A program made the translations under genes and the position numbers. A DNA stretch of 64,000 nt from Craspedostauros australis (lineage: Eukaryota): the NCBI GenBank assembly GCA_030167865.1, contig JALAGF010004526.1, forward strand, positions 1 through 64,000, in the 5' to 3' direction. Position 1 is the first letter of the stretch. Every line of letters begins with the position of its first letter. Shown piece after piece: positions 59,933 to 64,000 of the stretch. The notes beneath the pieces are model-generated. The model made no database searches. It was not told the origin of the DNA and saw only the letters and a list, made by a program, of their open reading frames with translations.

Positions 59933-61909
59933 CTATCTACTCGTATTCCCCCCTCGTCGTGATCGTATTGACGATGCCGGGTCTTGAAAGCGTGGCACCA
60001 TCACATCATCAGCGTCGTCAAATTCATCGTCCATGTCACCGATAATCGGTATCTGATGCCGCATCTGATTTCTTGTCGCGTTCGGACCACGGTTTACGAA
60101 ATGCTGCTGTTGGGATTGCTGCGATCGACGGTGGCGTTGTCGTCTGGAAGACTGCGCACCTTGGCGATTTGCCATTTCGATATCGTAGTCGTCATCTGCC
60201 ACGGATCGGTCCAAGGAATGATCACCGCTATTATTTGACGATGTTTCGCTGGGGCTGCTGTCGCTCATTCCGCTGTGCTCGCTCCCGCTGTTGAGTTCGG
60301 ACGGTGTTAGTGCGCTGTCTTCGTCATGCGACGCGTTGTATCGCAGGCCGGTTTGGGGGTCCAGGTCGTAACCGCTGCTGTCCCATGACACGTAATCGAT
60401 GCACGGTATCCACGCCGACCAGCCGTTCACCTTCAGCGACACAAGCACAAGCATGCAGATCAATCCAATCAGGCCGCATCCCCAGTACGTCTCCTTGAAG
60501 AATGAGGTGATACCAAGGGACCAAAGGTAACCCGAGAGCCATCCAAAGATGATGCACGTGATGGAATGGGTCGGCATCGAGAAGGCCAGCAGCAAGGCCA
60601 TGCACAGCATGTACGATAATGTCGAGTTGGACAGCAGCGGCAGGCCCTCTGGGAGGAACGGAAGGAAAGGGTACGAGGCGTATGGGAAGACATGACCGTA
60701 GACTTGGAGTAGAGCGCATGCCGTGATGGCCAGCGATCCCATCTGCTTGTTGGTGAGGAATTTCTCCCGCTCCGAAATAAAGACCGACTGATTGCTGCTC
60801 GCCCGCTGGCGGTACTGCGATGGCCGATCATCAATCCATATGGGCGACGACACGCCGTGACTGTGATGGCGTAGAATCTGCAAAATCCCGTACGTTGCCC
60901 ACACCTCCAACGCAATAGCCACGGCTGTCAAGGCAAACAGGACGCAGGCGTATCTCCATGGAAAGTTTCCGTTCTTGGAGTACCAAACCTCCAGCGCGCG
61001 ACATTTCCACAGGATGTGCGAATTGTAGAACAGCAGCGGGAGGCCGCTGAGGTGGCCACCAGGCAAGAGCGACGGGATATAATTCGACAGGCTTGCCCGC
61101 ATTCGCCCTCCAGCATCCCTTCCCATACGATGGAAGCTCTGCGTTGCGGATTGCGAAGGCGCTGGCTCAGTGCCATTGCCATCGTCTGTTGGGAATGGCG
61201 TGAACAAGCTGCTCGTAGGCCGCGTGTCCGTGCTCTCCGCACGGTTTGTAATCGGTGTCCGTGACACGCGCGAAGGGTGTGACAGGAATGCCACGATGAC
61301 TCTGTGGTACCGCCGTCTCTGTACCAATTGCTTGTACGTCACCGTGATGCGCTTCTTTGATGTTCTGGCATTCCATTGGTACGCAAAGAGCACATGGATG
61401 AGCAGCAGGAGCGATATGGTGACAGGGTAGTCTGCATACGTTGTCTGCACCGCCAGGCGCTCATGTGCATGCAAACCCAGCGGGCTCCCATCCATCATTG
61501 CGGTAGCAATACCAGCATCATCCGCGCCGCTCAAGTTGTGACCGAGCGTGTGGATGTCGGTGTGATCGCCGGGGTTGCTGAGCGTTGCGACGGACTGATC
61601 CATCGAGGAGAGATGTCTTTGCGTTGGATTCAGTCTGTGATTCGTTCCACGGAGATGCAAAGCGCCATCGTGGTAATTCATTTTTGGGTTTGTTTCGTTG
61701 GAAAGGAGGTCATTTTCGTCAACCCCGTACGAATGATCTGCCGACACGTTGCTCAGACGGCTGGCGCCATTCGTCTCGCCGGCAACCATCACCTCATGCG
61801 ACGAGGATCCGATTTTCAAGATCTCCTCCGGTGCCATTGCCGCAGTACTCGTATGATTGGCATTGGCATTGCTGGGGTTCCTGATGAAAGAATTGTCATC
61901 GCTCATCAT
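59933..61909 (-). CDS. Rhomboid-superfamily multi-pass membrane protein, probably catalytically inactive, 658 aa
   Basis: PVTISLLLLIHVLF (TM1), YHRVIVAFLSH (WR..H loop equivalent), LLFYNSHILW..RALE (TM2), and further TMs with GWLSG. The canonical GxSG and TM6 His are not present. Confidence 0.65.
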   Translation of the reverse strand: MMSDDNSFIRNPSNANANHTSTAAMAPEEILKIGSSSHEVMVAGETNGASRLSNVSADHSYGVDENDLLSNETNPKMNYHDGALHLRGTNHRLNPTQRHLSSMDQSVATLSNPGDHTDIHTLGHNLSGADDAGIATAMMDGSPLGLHAHERLAVQTTYADYPVTISLLLLIHVLFAYQWNARTSKKRITVTYKQLVQRRRYHRVIVAFLSHPSRVSRTPITNRAESTDTRPTSSLFTPFPTDDGNGTEPAPSQSATQSFHRMGRDAGGRMRASLSNYIPSLLPGGHLSGLPLLFYNSHILWKCRALEVWYSKNGNFPWRYACVLFALTAVAIALEVWATYGILQILRHHSHGVSSPIWIDDRPSQYRQRASSNQSVFISEREKFLTNKQMGSLAITACALLQVYGHVFPYASYPFLPFLPEGLPLLSNSTLSYMLCMALLLAFSMPTHSITCIIFGWLSGYLWSLGITSFFKETYWGCGLIGLICMLVLVSLKVNGWSAWIPCIDYVSWDSSGYDLDPQTGLRYNASHDEDSALTPSELNSGSEHSGMSDSSPSETSSNNSGDHSLDRSVADDDYDIEMANRQGAQSSRRQRHRRSQQSQQQHFVNRGPNATRNQMRHQIPIIGDMDDEFDDADDVMVPRFQDPASSIRSRRGGNTSR

Positions 61910-62243
61910 TATGAGCGAGATGACGACAGAGCCTCGTTCAGATAACCTGTCTCAAGCTGATCAACTCTTCCCCAATTGCCCAATCGCCACGTTGCTGGAT
62001 TGCTGAATTGAATTCACACCACGTCTCTTGTTCAACCACTTGCGAAACGGGCCGACAGCTTGCGAGAGGCAACGTCTGATGCGAAAGTCGTCTGTGAATG
62101 CCGCGCAATGCAGCCACGCTCTCAAGGATCGATTCCTCGGCTGTGCTCGGACGAGCAAGAGTCCTCGGAGCCTTGTATTAGTGAGCCCTGGCCTGGTTGG
62201 CGTTTCGTCGTGCTATTTTCCAAGGAATGAGTGAGAGTGCGGG

Positions 62244-62819
62244 TATTAATAGTAAGTATGTGTGGTTCGAGTGCAGCCTGAGTGTTGTCCGAATGTTTGC
62301 ATCCGTTGGTTGGTACGACTACTCTTCCTGTTTCTGTGATCATCGGCTTGCTTCTCTTTGTTGACTTCTGACACATGGCGGTGGATGTCATCATTGACCT
62401 GTGTGCACACTCGTGATTGAAATTCACGGGCGTGATTTGATTCGCGTTGTTGTGATTCCTGTTGTTCGGCTGTCCACGTTTGGCCTCTTGGTTGTCTTTT
62501 GGTCGTGTTTGCGTTTTATCGTCAGTTCCGGTTCCACGATTGTTCCTCCGTTGGGTCCTGCCGTCGCCCGTTTCCAGAGTTGATGAGAACCAGCCAATCA
62601 ACGCAAAATTGAAGTCAAATGAATCAGAACAGATACCTTTTGCGTTTCTTATTGGAACGTAGGTATAGTCGTAAGCGTGTAACTTGATGTATTGATTGGT
62701 TTGAGGGATTATGGCTATTCCATCTCGTTGTGTTCTTGTTCTTTTTCTTGGTGTCTGCTGCTTTTGTTTTGGATACGGTTTCCGACTCCATGGACTCGAT
62801 CGATGCTCAGGCTCCAATA
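62244..62819 (-). repeat. Putative 3' LTR (~576 bp) of the copia element
   Basis: On the minus strand, the polypurine tract TGAAGGGGCG (62829-62820) is followed directly by TATTGG. The sequence is A-rich and a candidate end ...TTAATA falls at 62244. The left boundary is inferred. Confidence 0.5.
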
Positions 62820-63997
62820 CGCCCCTTCAGCACATGCATGGTGGATGCACCTTGGTTGGGCTGATCGATGTATACAAAGTGAATCGTCTTCGTTGATTCC
62901 ATGTATGTTGCGGTAGGATCAGCTGGTTGACTCGTCGTGGCTTTCTTGATTTGTGCGAGGTGATGCGGAGTTCGGAATAGTGTGGCGTTGACGACGCGGT
63001 AAAACGATGCCTTTGATACGGGTTTTGTGAGGATGTCGGCTTCGTTATGATCTGATGGAATGTGAATGAAGCGAATGGCCTTGGCGGCGATGGCTTCTCG
63101 GATTCGATGGTACGCAATACCGCAATGCTTCTTTTTGAGAACGCTGGAGGGTATGCTTGTGTTCAACACGACCGACTTGTTGTCACCGAGGAGCAAAGCT
63201 GGTCCAGCAAGAGGAACCCCAATGACGCGTAGAGCGGTGCGGATCTCCATGATCATATCGGTTGCAATGCGAGCGGCGACGAGTTCAGAACCATACGTAG
63301 ATGATTCCACTGTGCGTTGGCGTTTGCAGTAGGTGCGAACGATCATCCCATTGATCTTGACGATGACACCTGTAACCGAGCGGCGAGTGACGGCATCGTG
63401 TGCATGATCGGCATCCACATGAACGGTAATGTGTGCTTCCTTACCCCTTGGAGTAGGCATCTTGTGTGGTAACTCCTCATGGGCGTATGGGTAGTACTCC
63501 GTCCATTTGTCACTCTCATGTGATGTGTATTGGCGATGGTCTGGTATGGTAGGATCACACAGGATGCGGCCGTTGCGATGCGTCTTCAGGTACCCAAACA
63601 CTCGGAGTATAGCTTTCATGTGGCCTTCACGCGGAAGCATGGAGAATCTTGATAGGGCCATCGTGGCAAACTGGATGTCAAACCGACCCAATGTGATGAT
63701 CCAGTTTGCGCATCCAATCATCGTACGGAACTTGTTGGCCGCCCCTGAATCCAACAAAGGTGAGTCATCCAGCTCGGCGTGGTAGGATTCTGCCATCGGG
63801 GTACTGTATCGTGGGAGTTGTTGCTGAGTCAGTGATTCGATCTTTTCGCATGCTGTTCCGATGTAGGTTCGCGCCGACAATGCAGTGAAGACCCCGTCTT
63901 GTTGCCATGCTTCGTCCAGTTGCTCAATGTTGCCTCCAAGATAGTACATCGGGGTACCAACGCCTTTCATCACGTATTTCGACTTGAGCACCTTCAT
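62807..63997 (-). CDS. Ty1/copia pol polyprotein, C-terminal part (end of RT + RNase H), truncated by the window edge
   Basis: YYLGGNI, FRTMIGCANW..GRFDI, RVFGYLK, VDADHAHDAVTRRSVTG, KRQRTVESSTYGSE, GDNKSVV, LKKKHCGIAYHRIREAIA, NEADILTKP. These motifs match diatom CoDi-type elements; the frame is uninterrupted. Confidence 0.95.
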   Translation of the reverse strand: MKVLKSKYVMKGVGTPMYYLGGNIEQLDEAWQQDGVFTALSARTYIGTACEKIESLTQQQLPRYSTPMAESYHAELDDSPLLDSGAANKFRTMIGCANWIITLGRFDIQFATMALSRFSMLPREGHMKAILRVFGYLKTHRNGRILCDPTIPDHRQYTSHESDKWTEYYPYAHEELPHKMPTPRGKEAHITVHVDADHAHDAVTRRSVTGVIVKINGMIVRTYCKRQRTVESSTYGSELVAARIATDMIMEIRTALRVIGVPLAGPALLLGDNKSVVLNTSIPSSVLKKKHCGIAYHRIREAIAAKAIRFIHIPSDHNEADILTKPVSKASFYRVVNATLFRTPHHLAQIKKATTSQPADPTATYMESTKTIHFVYIDQPNQGASTMHVLKGRIGA

Positions 63998-64000
63998 GAC

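Larger units (their letters stand above)
62244..64000 (-). mobile_element. Ty1/copia LTR retrotransposon (3' end)
   Basis: RT/RNase H ORF, PPT and putative LTR in the expected order. Confidence 0.9.

Noticed and set aside
14734-61909. Functional cluster of trafficking and proteostasis genes
   Set aside because: These are common housekeeping categories, and co-location is explicable by chance without synteny or co-expression data.
1-64000. CRISPR arrays, prokaryotic defence or operon systems, tRNA/rRNA genes
   Set aside because: The DNA is eukaryotic and intron-containing, and I saw no spaced repeat array or RNA gene signature.

Overview
This is eukaryotic nuclear DNA that looks diatom-like (stramenopile). 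It is gene-dense and GC-rich in coding regions, with few GT-AG introns, bipartite plastid-targeting presequences, and a Ty1/copia element at the right edge. I read 13 host protein genes: FSH1-type serine hydrolase, two UBR4/BIG-type genes, a plastid protein, an ankyrin protein, an alpha/beta hydrolase, a giant 5-exon Uso1/p115 tether, a type II LRR protein, C2CD5, MAM33/p32, a neurochondrin-like protein, an ArfB/ICT1-type GGQ hydrolase, a small membrane protein and a rhomboid-like protein (14 CDS counting the two UBR4 halves separately). The main finding is that the giant E3/E4 ligase UBR4/BIG appears split into two complementary, non-overlapping, intact genes. The N-terminal ~4870 aa half (UBR box, beta-propeller, DOC, ZZ, an extra GRF zinc finger, Cys-rich domain) lies at 28500-43360 (+). 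The C-terminal 2245 aa catalytic half (ARM, UBL, hemiRING-UZI) lies at 1460-8197 (-). They are arranged head-to-head ~20 kb apart, the geometry a single inversion with one breakpoint inside the ancestral gene would give. The second finding is that Uso1 carries three symmetric phase-1 cassette exons whose introns all sit at the same position of a repeated W-containing coiled-coil motif. All family assignments come from motif recognition by eye; no database searches were run.
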